The notes: generated from the letters alone by a model not told the origin. DNA of 64,000 bases from an uncultured Phycisphaerales bacterium (GCA_963844715.1 CAWJPJ010000006.1:1024001-1088000); one strand, 5' to 3'. Positions 1-11,664 are shown, counted from the first letter of the stretch. A program made the numbers and translations.

Positions 1-836
1 CCATCGCATGTTCAATTTGCGCCGTGAAAGATAAACAGCCCGGTCATCGCGCCGACGAGAATCCACGCTGGCGCATAACTTCGCCGATCCGGATCGGGAA
101 CGCTCGACGCAAACTCGTGCGCATCAACCGCCTCTTTCAACGCCGCCCAATCCCGCGCAAACCACCAGCGGCAGACTATAAATACCCATCCCAGCACAAT
201 CACTGAAATCGGCGTCGCCCAGCGGAAAAAATCCAGTACCGTCGGCCTCGCTTTTAGCGCGATCGTCACCCCCACCGGCCCGAACGCGCTCGCCGCCGAT
301 CCGATATTCGTCGCGAACACCAGCATGATCAGAAACGGAATCGGCTGGAGCTTGTAACGCTCCGCGATATGCAGCATCGCCCCCCCGACAAACAGAATCG
401 CCGCCACTTCCCCCACGATCGCCGACGCGATCATCGCCGACATCATCAGCACCCCAAGCAAAACCCCTGGCCGGCGGCCCGCGTGACGCACAATCTGGCT
501 CGCCACATGCTCGAAAAACAGTTTCTGCTCCAGATACCCCGCCACAAAGAACGTGCCCAGCAAAAAGAAAATGACGTCGAGCCCCGCCGCGGCCACAAAT
601 TGCCCGGCCGACGAAAACAATCTCAATCCAAGTATCGCCGCGATCGCGCACCCGCAGACGAACAGCCGGTAATCTTCGTAAAGCAAAATCCCGATCAGCA
701 CCCCGCAAAAAATCGCCAGGCTTTCCACCTGATGCGCGCTGGAAAAAACCCCCACGTGCAACCCGTGAACGAGTAAGCCGACCGTCAAGCCCACAAGCCC
801 CGCGAAGATCGCGGCTCGCTGAAATCGGGTGGTCAA
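1..836 (-). CDS. SLC13/ArsB-NhaD (IT superfamily) permease, N-terminal part, probably runs off the window edge
   Basis: Many TM helices; motifs 'LDVIFFLLGTFFVAGYLE' and 'VFATNIGSAAS'. Start assigned to in-frame TTG at 836. The stop at 12-14 is probably an indel artefact. Confidence 0.75.
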
Positions 837-995
837 TACTCGCGGCACGCGCGAGCCGACCGCAATGACTTGGTTTTGGGCCAAGAGGTCCAACCCCGGC
901 TTCGCTCGAAGCGAAACTTCCGAAAGAGATGGCGGCCCGACCATCCCGAAGCCTGCGAGCCGGCCACAGTCCGGCCCGCACCCGCACATATATTA

Positions 996-1634
996 TTACA
1001 TCCCCGCTTCAAGTCGAGCGAAATCGCGCTTCCCACTCCGCGACCCATGTCCGGCGGGCCCGAACATCGCCCGCGTTTGGGCGTTGGGGGCCTGGATAAA
1101 AAACATTCCGATCAGTTGCACAGGATCGGCTGAACCCACGAACGCGTGCGGAAAGCCGTTGGCTGTAAAGAGCGCCGCCAGCGACTTGGCGGTGTACCCC
1201 GTCTTATGCAGATAGAAATCGTTCCCGCTGCTCTCCACCATGGGACTAAATCCGTAAATCACGTCTCGAACCCGAATGGGTCCCGCCGTCGATACGTAAA
1301 GCTGATCGTCCACATCCAGCTTCTCCCGAACCACGAGCTGAAAGAGTGCTCCCAAATCCGGCACGAGCGCGTGGACGAATCCCTCCGGCTTGAGAACGTG
1401 CCGGAATCCCCGAACAACTTTAGCCGCGTCGCGGCGATGGAAGTGTTCTAGATTATGCGAACAGTAAACCGCGTCGTAAGTCGCCGGCGGCAATTGAGCC
1501 AGCAACCTCGCATCCAGACAAATATCCGGCCGAGCCCGCGGATCGATATCCAGCCGATCGCAACGCCAGCCGCCGTATTGCGGCGGCATTGGGATTTCGC
1601 GCCTGCCCCCGCCGACATTCAGAACCGCTTTCAT
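996..1634 (-). CDS. Class I SAM-dependent methyltransferase (tandem paralog 1)
   Basis: Motif I 'VLNVGGG', 'RLDIDP', 'YDAVYCSHNLEH', 'VLKPEG'. Confidence 0.85.
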   Translation of the reverse strand: MKAVLNVGGGRREIPMPPQYGGWRCDRLDIDPRARPDICLDARLLAQLPPATYDAVYCSHNLEHFHRRDAAKVVRGFRHVLKPEGFVHALVPDLGALFQLVVREKLDVDDQLYVSTAGPIRVRDVIYGFSPMVESSGNDFYLHKTGYTAKSLAALFTANGFPHAFVGSADPVQLIGMFFIQAPNAQTRAMFGPAGHGSRSGKRDFARLEAGM

Positions 1635-1823
1635 TCAGGGCCTCCATCCGTTCGTCTCAGCGCGCCCCGGGGAATCCTCGATATAAAGCTGCAAGAAATG
1701 CCGCGACAATTTTGTATATATCGAGAAATTGCGCCAAAAACTGCAAAGTTTCCCCAAATCCCAGGGCGACGTCGAAATGAACTCCCCGTGAAGTCGGGGC
1801 AAATCGTATTCACCGGCACGCGA

Positions 1824-2414
1824 TCATGCCCCGCCGGACCCAATCGCCGCCCGCGTTTTCGGGTCGGGAGCTTGTATAAAGAACAATCCCATCAGCAGCA
1901 CCGGATCGCTCGAACCCACTATCCCATGCGGAAACCCGTTGGCCGCGAAGAGCGCCTTCAGCGATTTGGCCGTATACCCCGTCTTGTGAAGATAGAAATC
2001 GTTCCCGCTGTTCTCGACTTCGGTGCTTAAACCGTAAATGACGTCCCGAACCCGGATCGGCCCCAGCGGCGATTCGTACAGCACATCATCCACATCCAGA
2101 TTCTCCCCCACCACGCGCTTAAACAGCGTGTCCAAATCCGGCACGATCACCTCCACAAACCCCTCCGGCTTCAACACATGCCGAAACCCGCTGATGACTT
2201 TCCCCGCATCCCGGCGATGAAAGTGCTCCAGATTGTGCGAACAATAAACCGCGTCGTAGGTCGCCGCAGGCAATTGCGCCAGCAGTCTAGCATCCAAGCA
2301 AATATCCGGCCGGACGTTCGGATCAATATCCAGCCGAACCTCTCGCCACCCGTGGTAATGCCCTGGCAATTGAATCCCGCCACTCCCCCCGCCGACATTG
2401 AGAACTGCTTTCAT
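1824..2414 (-). CDS. Class I SAM-dependent methyltransferase (tandem paralog 2)
   Basis: Same motifs as 996..1634, with long identical peptide stretches. Confidence 0.85.
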   Translation of the reverse strand: MKAVLNVGGGSGGIQLPGHYHGWREVRLDIDPNVRPDICLDARLLAQLPAATYDAVYCSHNLEHFHRRDAGKVISGFRHVLKPEGFVEVIVPDLDTLFKRVVGENLDVDDVLYESPLGPIRVRDVIYGLSTEVENSGNDFYLHKTGYTAKSLKALFAANGFPHGIVGSSDPVLLMGLFFIQAPDPKTRAAIGSGGA

Positions 2415-2507
2415 CCTGGGTCTCCATCCGCTCTGCTGAGCCCGGGCCCGTGTCTGATTTCGGCTTTAGACTCCGCCGGCGATTGTAATGCCACCTCGCG
2501 AATTCGC

Positions 2508-3722
2508 TTAGCGTGAAATCGATTGAGTTCGCATGTCTAAATCTTCCGGCGGCCCGCCGACTATAAATCGTTCCGCGATCTCATCGATAACCAGATCCGG
2601 CTTGTGAGCCGCAATGAAATCGGGGTAAATCGGTGCACTTCCCCGAAAATAAACTCCATGCGAAAAACTTCTGGCCATCAAAGGAACGAGTTCATATGCA
2701 AACGAATCGTGATACATCACCAACCGCGGTCCCGATGGATCGCCATTGACGATGTACAACTGGTCCAGTTCATTTCGAGGCGGCAACCTCTGGCCTGGCG
2801 GAACCATCGTGATCGCCCTCTCGCTAAACATTTCAGGAACCCCCAGCATGTTCGCCAGGTCGCCGCCGAAACCCACTGCCTCGCTGCCCGATAAATCCGT
2901 TGGTTCCAGAATGATCAGCGGCCTCGTCGGCAGCATCCGCTGGACTTCGGCCATCAAGTCTCGGTAGACGAGATACGCGCCAACATAATTCCAGTGCGTA
3001 TCGGCTCTCCAATAGACCGGCTGGAATCGCTTCGCCGACAGCAGATCGGGGCGAACATCCAATATCCGCAAAGAAGAATGGGTCTCGCGGAGCCGCCGAA
3101 GCAGCTGGTCCAGTCGCTGGTCATGCTGAAACCTTCTCAGTTCTTTGGGCAGGAATTCGGCATAGATTGTCTGTTTTTCGGGTGCAATCAGGACCAGATA
3201 CTGAATATGTCGTGCCGCCAGCCATGCCTGACGCTGCTCAAACACATGTTGCCAGTCGTTAAGCTCGTTGTCGCTCAGTGGCGCGAGCAAGCTGAATTTG
3301 GTGGAGGACGGATCATCTTTCAAACGTAGAAACAGCCAACCATCGTCGCCGATGATCACCTCGGGCGAGCCGCTGACGTGAAAGAGACCCACTTTCACTT
3401 TCATCAGCGCATGGATCATCGAATCGCGAAAACCAAAATGATCGCGATAAAACGAGAGTACACTTGGGAGATAAGGTGAGATCTGCGAGTATTGTCTTGG
3501 CCACCGCGGAAAAGCCGCGAGCCTTCGTTTTTCGTTAAAGGCTTGCCATGGGTCCAGACGTAGGAACGTGCCCAAGAGCGGCGTGGTTAAGCCGGCGAGA
3601 AACAGGAATATCAGCACAGCTTGAAACACCCGATTGATCGCAGGGTGACGGTCGCGCGCAGCCGTGGCTGCGATCGACGGGCTGCGGAACATGATTCGGC
3701 GGGGAGCGGTCATTTCGGTCAA
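2508..3722 (-). CDS. AlgX/AlgJ-like SGNH polysaccharide O-acetyltransferase
   Basis: N-terminal TM, 'EKRRLAAFP', 'DHFGFRD', 'GDDGWLFL', catalytic-type 'DTHWN'; start overlaps the MBOAT stop. Confidence 0.85.
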   Translation of the reverse strand: MTEMTAPRRIMFRSPSIAATAARDRHPAINRVFQAVLIFLFLAGLTTPLLGTFLRLDPWQAFNEKRRLAAFPRWPRQYSQISPYLPSVLSFYRDHFGFRDSMIHALMKVKVGLFHVSGSPEVIIGDDGWLFLRLKDDPSSTKFSLLAPLSDNELNDWQHVFEQRQAWLAARHIQYLVLIAPEKQTIYAEFLPKELRRFQHDQRLDQLLRRLRETHSSLRILDVRPDLLSAKRFQPVYWRADTHWNYVGAYLVYRDLMAEVQRMLPTRPLIILEPTDLSGSEAVGFGGDLANMLGVPEMFSERAITMVPPGQRLPPRNELDQLYIVNGDPSGPRLVMYHDSFAYELVPLMARSFSHGVYFRGSAPIYPDFIAAHKPDLVIDEIAERFIVGGPPEDLDMRTQSISR

Positions 3723-5174
3723 AAGCGGAAATATATAAACGGGCTATAAGTTCCAGCGGCGGACATCGCGGCAGAACTGGCGAACACCAGGCAAAGCACC
3801 ATGAGTTCCATGGATTGCGCGAAAAGTTCAGTGACCGCGCTGAACCTCCCGGAGCCCTCCGTGAGGCGATTCCACAAAGCGCAGCGCGGGAATGAAAGGC
3901 ACGCTGAAAAGGACGCCGGCGATCATGGCGACAACCAGAAGCCGATTGAGGTAAAGTTCGGCGGAATAAATGCCCCCGGTTCCCCCAATGAAGGCCATTC
4001 TGGCAAGATAGTGCACAGCGGCATCAAAAGATGTCGCCCGGAACAACACCCAACCGACGGTCACCGCCAGCGGCACATAAATGTGCCGGGCTATGGAATG
4101 CCGTTCCAGCCCACGTGCGAATCCCATCCTTTCGATGACGAGAAACGCGCCGTGAAATAGGCCCCAGGCGACGAAAGTCCACCTCGCTCCGTGCCAAAGC
4201 CCGCATAAGAAAAAGACCACGAGCAGGTTCACGTACAACCGCGCCTTCGGAACGCGGTTGCCGCCCATGGGAATGTATAAGTAGTCTCTGAACCAACTCG
4301 TCAGAGTCATGTGCCAGCGCCGCCAGAAGTCAGTTATGCTGACCGCCGAATAGGGATAATTGAAGTTCTCGGGGAAAACGAAACCGAACATGCGCGCCAT
4401 GCCGATCGCCATGTCGGTATAGCCGGAAAAATCAAAGTAAATTTGCAGCCCATAACAGCATGCGCCCAGCCATGCGGCGGCCGGTGTGATGGACGAGGCG
4501 CTTTGCGAGAATATGTCGTCAACGGCGACGGCCACGACGTTGGCGATCAGCATTTTCTTACCCAGGCCGATCACAAACCGCCGCACCCCCTCGGCGAAGC
4601 GATCCGGCGTGTGCGAACGTCCAGACTCGCCGCCGATGCTCAGTTGTTTGTCGATCGTTTTGTATCGAATGATGGGTCCGGCAATGAGCTGCGGAAAGAG
4701 CGTGATGTACAGCGCGAATTGGGTCGGGGATTTCATCGGCTCCGCGTCGCCGCGGTAAACATCCATCAGGTAACTGATCGCGTGAAAGATGAAGAATGAT
4801 ATTCCCAGCGGCAAAGCGATCGACGGCGCTTTCAGCGGCGAGAAATGCCAATCGGACAAAACCCCATTCAAATTCTCAATCAGAAAGCCGGCATATTTGA
4901 AGTAAACAAGCAACAGGAGATTCGTCCCCAATCCCGCGGCAAGGACCACTTTGCGGGTTCCGTTAGCTCGCTGCTTTCCGATCCAACGCCCCATGAAATA
5001 ATTGAAGGCGATCGAAAAGAGGATCAATAGAACGTAACTGCCTTCGCCAGCCGCATAGAAGACAATGCTTGCCGCAAGAAGCACGCCATTTTTCAATATT
5101 CTGGGAGATGCATAATACCGACCGAGAACGACCGGAAAAAATAGAAATAGAAAACACGGGTCGGTGAAAAGCAT
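3719..5174 (-). CDS. MBOAT family O-acyltransferase (AlgI/DltB-like), frameshift near C-terminus
   Basis: 'LPLGISFF', 'FPQLIAGPIIR', 'YFDFSGYTDMAIG', 'FWRRWH', 'GLWHGA'. The typical C-terminus 'TYSPFIYFRF*' is in another frame, ending at 3719. Confidence 0.92.
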
Positions 5175-5276
5175 GAACGACAAACCGATTGAGTGTCAAA
5201 CGATATCAACTGATACGTCGGCCAACAAAAATCCCCCGTTTTTACCGGGGGAAGGCGATTTTGACGAATCGCCGGA

Positions 5277-5358
5277 TGGGCGCGGTTGGATTCGAACCAA
5301 CGAAGGCAGAGCCATCAGATTTACAGTCTGACCCGTTTGTCCACTTCGGTACACGCCC
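5277..5358 (-). tRNA. tRNA-Tyr(GTA)
   Basis: Minus strand GGGCGTG...TCAGA-CT-GTA-AA-TCTGA, long variable arm, GTTCGAATCC, CGCGCCC-A; CCA not encoded. Confidence 0.97.
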
Positions 5359-5471
5359 GAACGACTTTTTCTTCCTCCTCCACTGCCGTTATTAACGCGC
5401 ATTGTTGCCGATGCGGCGGTCGATTTCAAATCGGTCAAAAATGCCCGAAAATTGGTATCCTGCTCCCCAAC

Positions 5472-6459
5472 ATGCGCGCACATTCCAATCGCCGATTTGA
5501 TCGACAAATTAACCGGCCTCTTTGCGGGCGCCGGCGTCCCCGCCGCCCGGGCGCACCGCCTCGCCGAACTCTTCACCCAAGGCAGCGCGGATGGAGTCTA
5601 CTCCCACGGAGTCCATTTCGTGCCGGGGCTATTGCGAAGCCTTCGCGCGGGCGAAATCGCCGACCTGCAAAGCGACCCAACCCTAGTCGCGGCATTCGGT
5701 GCGCTCGAGGCGCTATGACGGACACTCCGGCCTCGGCCCGCTCAATGCCGAATTCTGCATGGACCGCGCCATGGACTTGGCCGACAAACTGGGCGTCGGA
5801 TGCGTTGCCCTGCGCAACACGCGCCATTGGGGCCGCCCCGGTAATTTAGGCTGCGCGCCGCCGAGCGCGGATTTCTTGCGATCTGCTGGACCAACACCCC
5901 CGCCCTCATGCCGAGCTGGGGCGCAAAAGAAAAAGCCGTCGGCAATAATCCCATCGTCCTCGCCGCGCCAGGAACGGCCGGAAAACATCTCGTCCTCGAC
6001 ATGGCGATGAGCCAATTCTCGATGGGAAGATTAGGCACCCACAAAGCCGAAAAAATCCCCCTTCCCGTCGTCGGCGGCGTGGATTCCTTCGGCCATCCCA
6101 CCACCGACGACGCCGCCATCCTCGACGGCGGTCTCCCCTACCCCATCGGATTTTGGAAAGGCTCCGGCCTGGCGATCCTCCTCGACGCCTTCGCCGCCAT
6201 CCTCGCCGACGGCAATGACACCTCCGCCCTAAAACCCGGCCACGGCGACATCGGCGTCAGCCAGGTCTTTCTCGCCTTTCAACCTACTCACCTAAACGGT
6301 CGCCCCGCGACCCAACGCACGCAGGAGATTCTAAAAGCCCTTGCCGAAAGAAACCCCGAAACGCGATATCCGGGCGAAGCCGCATTGGCCAATCGCCGAA
6401 GGAGCCAAATTGAGGGCGTCTTTGTCCGCGATGATGTGTGGCGCGCCCTGAGCGCCTAA
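5472..6459 (+). CDS. yiaK: Ldh_2 family oxidoreductase, 3-dehydro-L-gulonate 2-dehydrogenase (YiaK/DlgD-like), frameshifted
   Basis: 'GVYSHGV', 'GCVALRNTRHW', 'MPSWG', 'DMAMSQFS', 'GFWKGSG' across three ORF fragments. Confidence 0.8.
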
Positions 6460-6468
6460 ATATATCAC

Positions 6469-6485
6469 TTGGCAACTGTTGCCAA
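6469..6485. promoter_or_regulatory. Perfect palindrome TTGGCAAC-T-GTTGCCAA, likely autoregulatory operator
   Basis: 8-bp perfect inverted repeat ending 18 bp upstream of an RHH antitoxin start codon. Confidence 0.6.
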
Positions 6486-6503
6486 TTTGACGATAACACC
6501 TGC

Positions 6504-6784
6504 ATGCCCACTCAGAACGTGAATCTCTCGGAGAAACAGCGAAAGTTCATACGAGATCGCGTCGACGGCGGAGATTTCCGAAATGCCAGTGAGGTTGTTC
6601 GGGCCGGCTTGCGCTGCTTGAGCAACGCGATCAGGAAGACCGGCTCAAACTCCGTGCCCCGCGCCGAGCGGCAAAAGGCACGTTCGATGAAATTGATCGT
6701 GGGAAATTTGAAATTGTCGAACCCGGCGAAATTGGCCGGCTCACGAGAATGCTGGCCAAAAAGGCGCGGGCTCGCCGGCCGTGA
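6504..6784 (+). CDS. ParD-like ribbon-helix-helix antitoxin (CC2985 family), frameshifted
   Basis: 'MPTQNVNLSEKQRKFI...GDFRNASEVVRAGLR', then shifted frame 'LEQRDQEDRLKL' to TGA at 6784. Confidence 0.8.
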
Positions 6785-6791
6785 GCCGGAT

Positions 6792-8993
6792 TCAGAATCG
6801 ATAAAGCTTCGCCCCATGAGCCGGAACAATGATGGGCGCATTGCCCGCGACATCGACGTCCTGATGCAACCAGAGATCGCGCACCGGCTGATACGCCGCA
6901 ACACCCAAATCGCTCCAGCTCAAGCTCGCGCTCGCCGATCCGCGATTGAATACCGCAACCGCTTTGGACCCGTCCGCGAGCGCCTTCACCCACACCTCAA
7001 CACCGTCTTTTTGCAAGATTCGCTCGGCCCCCTTCCCCAGCGGGTCCTGATTGATCGCGATCACTTCATCATTCGTCAGCAGCGAAAGCGTCCAATCATC
7101 CGTATCCGGCAGATTATTCCCCAGAATCAGCGGCGACGGCGCAATCGCCCAAAGCGTTATCAAACTGATCTGCTCATCGCGCGTGAATCGCGTCTGCCTA
7201 TCCGGCCCGGCGATCGAGCAGCGGATTCCGATATGCCCGATCGGGAGCATGTCCCCATCCGGCCAATGCCCTGGCCCCGCCACGCCCTGCCAGTTGGCGA
7301 ACAGATCAAAGTGATGATCCAGATCAGCCCACCGGTCCCAAAAATCGCTGGAGATGCGCCACATGTTCGCCAGCCCGCTGATCTGCCTGGCGTGCGAGAC
7401 ATCGGTCGGTCCCGGCGACGTGCTGAAAACAATCGCCCGCCCGCAGCGGTCGATTGCCTTGCAAATCATCTCGATTTCGTCCGCGTAGTACGGCGATGAA
7501 AGATCGTCGACTTTCACAAAATCCACCCCCCACTGGGCATAAAGCCGGAAGATCGAATCGTACCACGCCTGCCCGGCGGGGTTGTTGCGCACGCCGAGCA
7601 TATCCGGGCACCACGAGCATGTGCTGTTCTGATCGACCGCATCCGCTGCCGTAAATGGCGAACCTTCGATGGGATCGTTATTCGCCACCGTCTGCCGGGG
7701 AATCCCGCGCATAATGTGAAAACCGAATTTCAAACCCATCGCGTGAAGCCGATCCGCAAGTGGCTTGAATCCCGCCCCTCCCTCGGCCGATGGAAATCGA
7801 TTGACCGCCGGAAACAAACGGCCGAATTCATCGATCGCGAGTTTCGCTCCGCTCCGCTGCGTATTGAAATCGCGATCATCCACCGGCGAATTGGCGTCGT
7901 ACCACCGTGCGTCGATCACCACCGTATTCCAGCCGTGCGAAAGCAAATGCTTCTGCATGAACTCGGCGTTGGCCATGAACTCCGCTTCATCAACCGTCGT
8001 GCCCCACGCATCGTAACTGTTCCACCCCATCGGCGGCGTCGGAGCCCAAGTGCGAAAATCCGATGTCGAACTCTGTTTCGCAGGCGTCAGCAATTTCTCC
8101 TCCTTCATCCAATCCATGAACCGGTCCGGCCAGGTCGAGACCGGAATCGTCGCCGGCCGCACGCCGAAACCCTCCGCGCCGAGCAAATAAATATGCATCT
8201 CGGCAGCAATCCCCGCAGCTTGCAACCGGGCGAAATAACCCGCCACCCGCGCGAGCGCGGATCGTCGTGAACATCCACCAGAAAAGTCGGCGGCGTCTCG
8301 TCGGTAATCTTGATGGCCGATGGATCATCCAACCCTCTCGGGTAGAGCAGCGCCGCAAAATCCGGCCGCGAACTTAACTCGTCGATCGCATCCACGCCCG
8401 GGGGCACCGGATGATCAAAACTCGTCGAAGCCAGAAGTGCCAGCTCGCCGCCCGACGAAAACCCCACCACGCCGATCCGATGCGGATCGAGATTCCAATC
8501 CCTGGCATGAGCCCGCAAATATCGAATCGCCCGCTCTTCATCCATCAGCGAATGTACCTTCATCTTATAAGGCGAGCCCGGTTCCTTAGGCAGGCGATAC
8601 TTCAAAACAAAACACGCAATCCCCCGCGACGCCAGAACCCTGCGCCACATCATACCCCTCATGCTGCACCGACAAATGCGTGTAACCCCCGCCCGGCGAG
8701 ATCACCACACCGACTCCCGTCGCCTTATCCGCATCAGGAAGAAATGGCGTGATCGACGGGTTGTGAATATTCGTAACGATCGGAACGCTGCGAGGCGCGC
8801 TATAAGGCGTCGCCTTATCCTGACGCCACGTGACGATCTCGGCCGACGTCTTCCCTTCCGATCCCGGCGCGCCAGTCCAGAGCGGAATCGAATCCGGCAG
8901 CGCCTCCGGATTGGAAACCGGAGCCGCCGGCGGCGCCGCCGAGCACGCCCCCAAAACCAGAAACAACGCCGACAAACACATCACGGATTTCAT
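6792..8993 (-). CDS. Lipoprotein: alpha/beta-hydrolase (esterase-like) domain fused to GH27 alpha-galactosidase-family domain, frameshifted
   Basis: Lipobox 'LGAC'; 'SPGGGY', 'GFSSGG', 'RPDFAALLYP'; GH27 motifs 'TPPMGWNS', 'VIDARW', 'DFVKVDD', 'MWRISSD', 'PDGDMLP'. Confidence 0.85.
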
Positions 8994-9043
8994 GCCGGCA
9001 GATTTTACACATTTCTATGACCCCAACGATCTCCCCCTCTTCT

Positions 9044-9110
9044 CCCCTCTCCCCGGTATTCCGGGGAGAGGGCAAGGGTGAGGGGCAGTCTTTCGAATTT
9101 CGAACGCCCC
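9044..9110. repeat. REP-like palindromic repeat (CCCTCTCCC...GGGAGAGGG..GGGTGAGGGG family)
   Basis: Hairpin-forming; related copies at 27009, 57606 and 59189. Confidence 0.75.
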
Positions 9111-9204
9111 CGCTCTCCCAACAGTCGCGCGGCAACAAATTCCTTGACGAACGCTATCACCTCCGTTATTTCACTATTAGGTTAATTAACCATTAGATAA
9201 AGTA

Positions 9205-9551
9205 ATGCCCGACACCCTCAGCACCATCTTTTCCGCCCTTTCCGATCCCACCCGCCGGGCCATTCTCGCCCGCCTTTCACGGGGCGAGCAGTCGGTCATG
9301 CAATTGGCCCAGCCTTTCGACATCTCCCTGCCCGGGATTTCCAAGCTCTGAAGGTCCTGGAGCGGGCCGGCCTGATCACCCGCGGGCGAGAAGCCCAGTG
9401 GCGACCCTGCCGCCTCAATGCCGAGGCCCTCAAGGACGCGTCCCACTGGATCGAGAAATACCGCCGCTTCTGGGAGGAAAGTTTCGACCGCCTGGATGAC
9501 TACCTGCACGAATTGCAAAAGAAGGAGAAGCATCATGCCCGGAAAAAATGA
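9205..9551 (+). CDS. ArsR/SmtB family transcriptional regulator, frameshifted
   Basis: 'FSALSDPTRRAILARL', 'SLPGISK', 'LERAGLI', 'FWEESFDRLDDYL'; palindrome GGTTAATTAACC upstream at 9180-9191. Confidence 0.85.
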
Positions 9552-10937
9552 ATCGCTCGTCGTCTTCCATGTCTTTCCGTTTCCGGCGGAAAAAGTCTTC
9601 GACGCCTGGCTCGATCCCATCTCCGCGGGCCGCTGGCTCTTTGCCACTGCGACCGGCAAGATGACCAAAGTCGAAATCGACCCGCGCGTTGGCGGAACAT
9701 TCACCGTCATCGAGCAGCGCGGCCAGGAATCCGCCGAGCATCACGGAACCTACCTCGAGATCGACCGCCCCCGCCGCCTCGTCTTCTCCTTCCACACCAG
9801 CCATAGCGCCGATCCGACGCGCGTGACCGTCGAAATCGCACCCACGCCCGGCGGCTGCAAATTGACCCTCACCCACGAACTCGATCCCACGTGGGCCTCC
9901 TTCGCCGATTTGGCCCGTAAGGGCTGGACCGGGATTCTCGACAATCTCGACTCGACTCTCTCCCCCGACGCTGAGTTCGTCATCACCCGAGTTTTCGACG
10001 CCCCGCGCGAACTGGTCTTCCGCATGTGGACCGACCCGAAACATCTGGCCAACTGGTGGGGTCCGCGCATCATGAAAACCCCCGTCTGCGAACTGGACGT
10101 CCGACCAGGCGGAAAACACCGCATCGTCATGCGCGCCCCGGACAATGTCGATTACCCCATCACCGGCGTTTTCCAGGAAGTCACGCCGCCCCAGCGCCTG
10201 GTCCTCACCATGGATCCCTCCGAGCATCCCGCCGCCTGGCACGACCTGGTCAAGCCCGATCGAAAAAAGAGCGAGACCAACCCGGCCGGCGTCATCCTCA
10301 CCACCGTTACATTCGAAGAGTCCGATGGAAAAACGACCATGACCGTGCGGCAAAAGCTCCAGTCGCCCTCGATTGCCCAGGCCATGAAAAAAATGGGCAT
10401 GCGCGAAGGATGGTCCGAAAGCCTCGACCGGCTCGCCGAACAACTCGCGCCCGCCGAAGCCACGGCCAAGACAATCCTCTCGCGCCCAACGAACGGTCGC
10501 TCGAATACACCCGCGTATTCGACGCCCCGCGCGATCTCGTCTGGGAAGTCTGGACCGACCCAAAGCACGTCGTCCAATGGTGGGGACCCAACGGATTCAC
10601 CACGACCAGCAAGGAGATGGACGTCCGCCCCGGCGGCGTCTGGCGGCTGATCCTGCGCGGCCCTGACGGCCGCGATTATCACAACCGCATCGTCTACATC
10701 GAAGTCGTCAAGCCTGAGCGACTCGTCTATCGCCACGCCGGCGAGGCAGGCGACGAACCCGTGAAATTCCAAACCACCGCGACATTCGAAGACCTCGGCG
10801 GAAAAACCCGCGTCACCATGCGACAGGAATTTGCATCGTTCCAGGAATTGCAGGGAGTCATCGATAAATACAAAGCCGATAAAGGCGGCGTGCAGACCTT
10901 CGAACGCCTCGGAGAATACCTAACCGAGATTATTTAG
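9535..10937 (+). CDS. Protein with three tandem SRPBCC/AHSA1 domains, frameshifted
   Basis: Three repeats: 'VFDAWLDP', 'TRVFDAPRELVFRMWTDP', 'TRVFDAPRDLVWEVWTDP'. Confidence 0.8.
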
Positions 10938-11631
10938 CCGGCAGGACGCGCTCCTGAAGCAATTTGAGATAGTCCTTCGAAGTCTTGGTCGCCAGAATGA
11001 AAAGTAGCGCAATCGGATAGATCAGTGCGATCGCCGTCATGATCCCCGCCTCGAACACCGCCGTCATATTGGTCACCGACCGCGAAATTTGCGGACCAAC
11101 CTGATTCCCCCCCATGTTCATCATTCCGTTGAACAGGCTTGTGTACGTCCACCACATCGCAACCGCCGCCACCGCGATCAGCGGGAGCTTGATCAGAATA
11201 TAAAGTCGATGCAATCGCCAGGACATCGGCGAATCCCGCAACATCAAGCTCCCCGCCACGATAAGCAGCACCGCGGCACATAGACTCAACACCGCCTCCA
11301 CAATCGTCGTAACGGACGCCCCAAGATCGACGTGAAAGCTGAACGTCGCCATCTGAACCGCCCCCGCCGCCGGTGCCGTCGTAGCCTGTGTCGCCGGTGC
11401 CCTCGCCGGAATGGGGAGGTTCATCGGAGCGTGCGACATCACCACATACGCGATCCCGCTGAATATCCCGCTCAGGCTCATCAGCGCGCTCAGCCCGCCG
11501 ACGATGATGCTGCAAATCCCCACGCTGCTAAGCAACCCCGGGCGAGCATAAATCGCCGTCGCATACTGGATAGACGGCGGATGCGGCGGCTCAGACGGAT
11601 ACGGCGGCAGACTTTGCGGCGGTTGGCTCAT
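10930..11631 (-). CDS. Hypothetical membrane protein (about 4 TM segments)
   Basis: Pro-rich N-terminus followed by hydrophobic segments. Confidence 0.65.
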   Translation of the reverse strand: MSQPPQSLPPYPSEPPHPPSIQYATAIYARPGLLSSVGICSIIVGGLSALMSLSGIFSGIAYVVMSHAPMNLPIPARAPATQATTAPAAGAVQMATFSFHVDLGASVTTIVEAVLSLCAAVLLIVAGSLMLRDSPMSWRLHRLYILIKLPLIAVAAVAMWWTYTSLFNGMMNMGGNQVGPQISRSVTNMTAVFEAGIMTAIALIYPIALLFILATKTSKDYLKLLQERVLPAK

Positions 11632-11664
11632 TGGCTCTTCGCAAAATCTTCCCACACTAGTACA

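Noticed and set aside
996..5358. Integrative element at tRNA-Tyr
   Set aside because: No integrase and no duplicate of the tRNA 3' end seen in the window.
6785..7499. Long plus-strand ORF extension and the many other overlapping antisense ORFs
   Set aside because: Typical high-GC shadow ORFs opposite well-supported genes, with no recognisable motifs.
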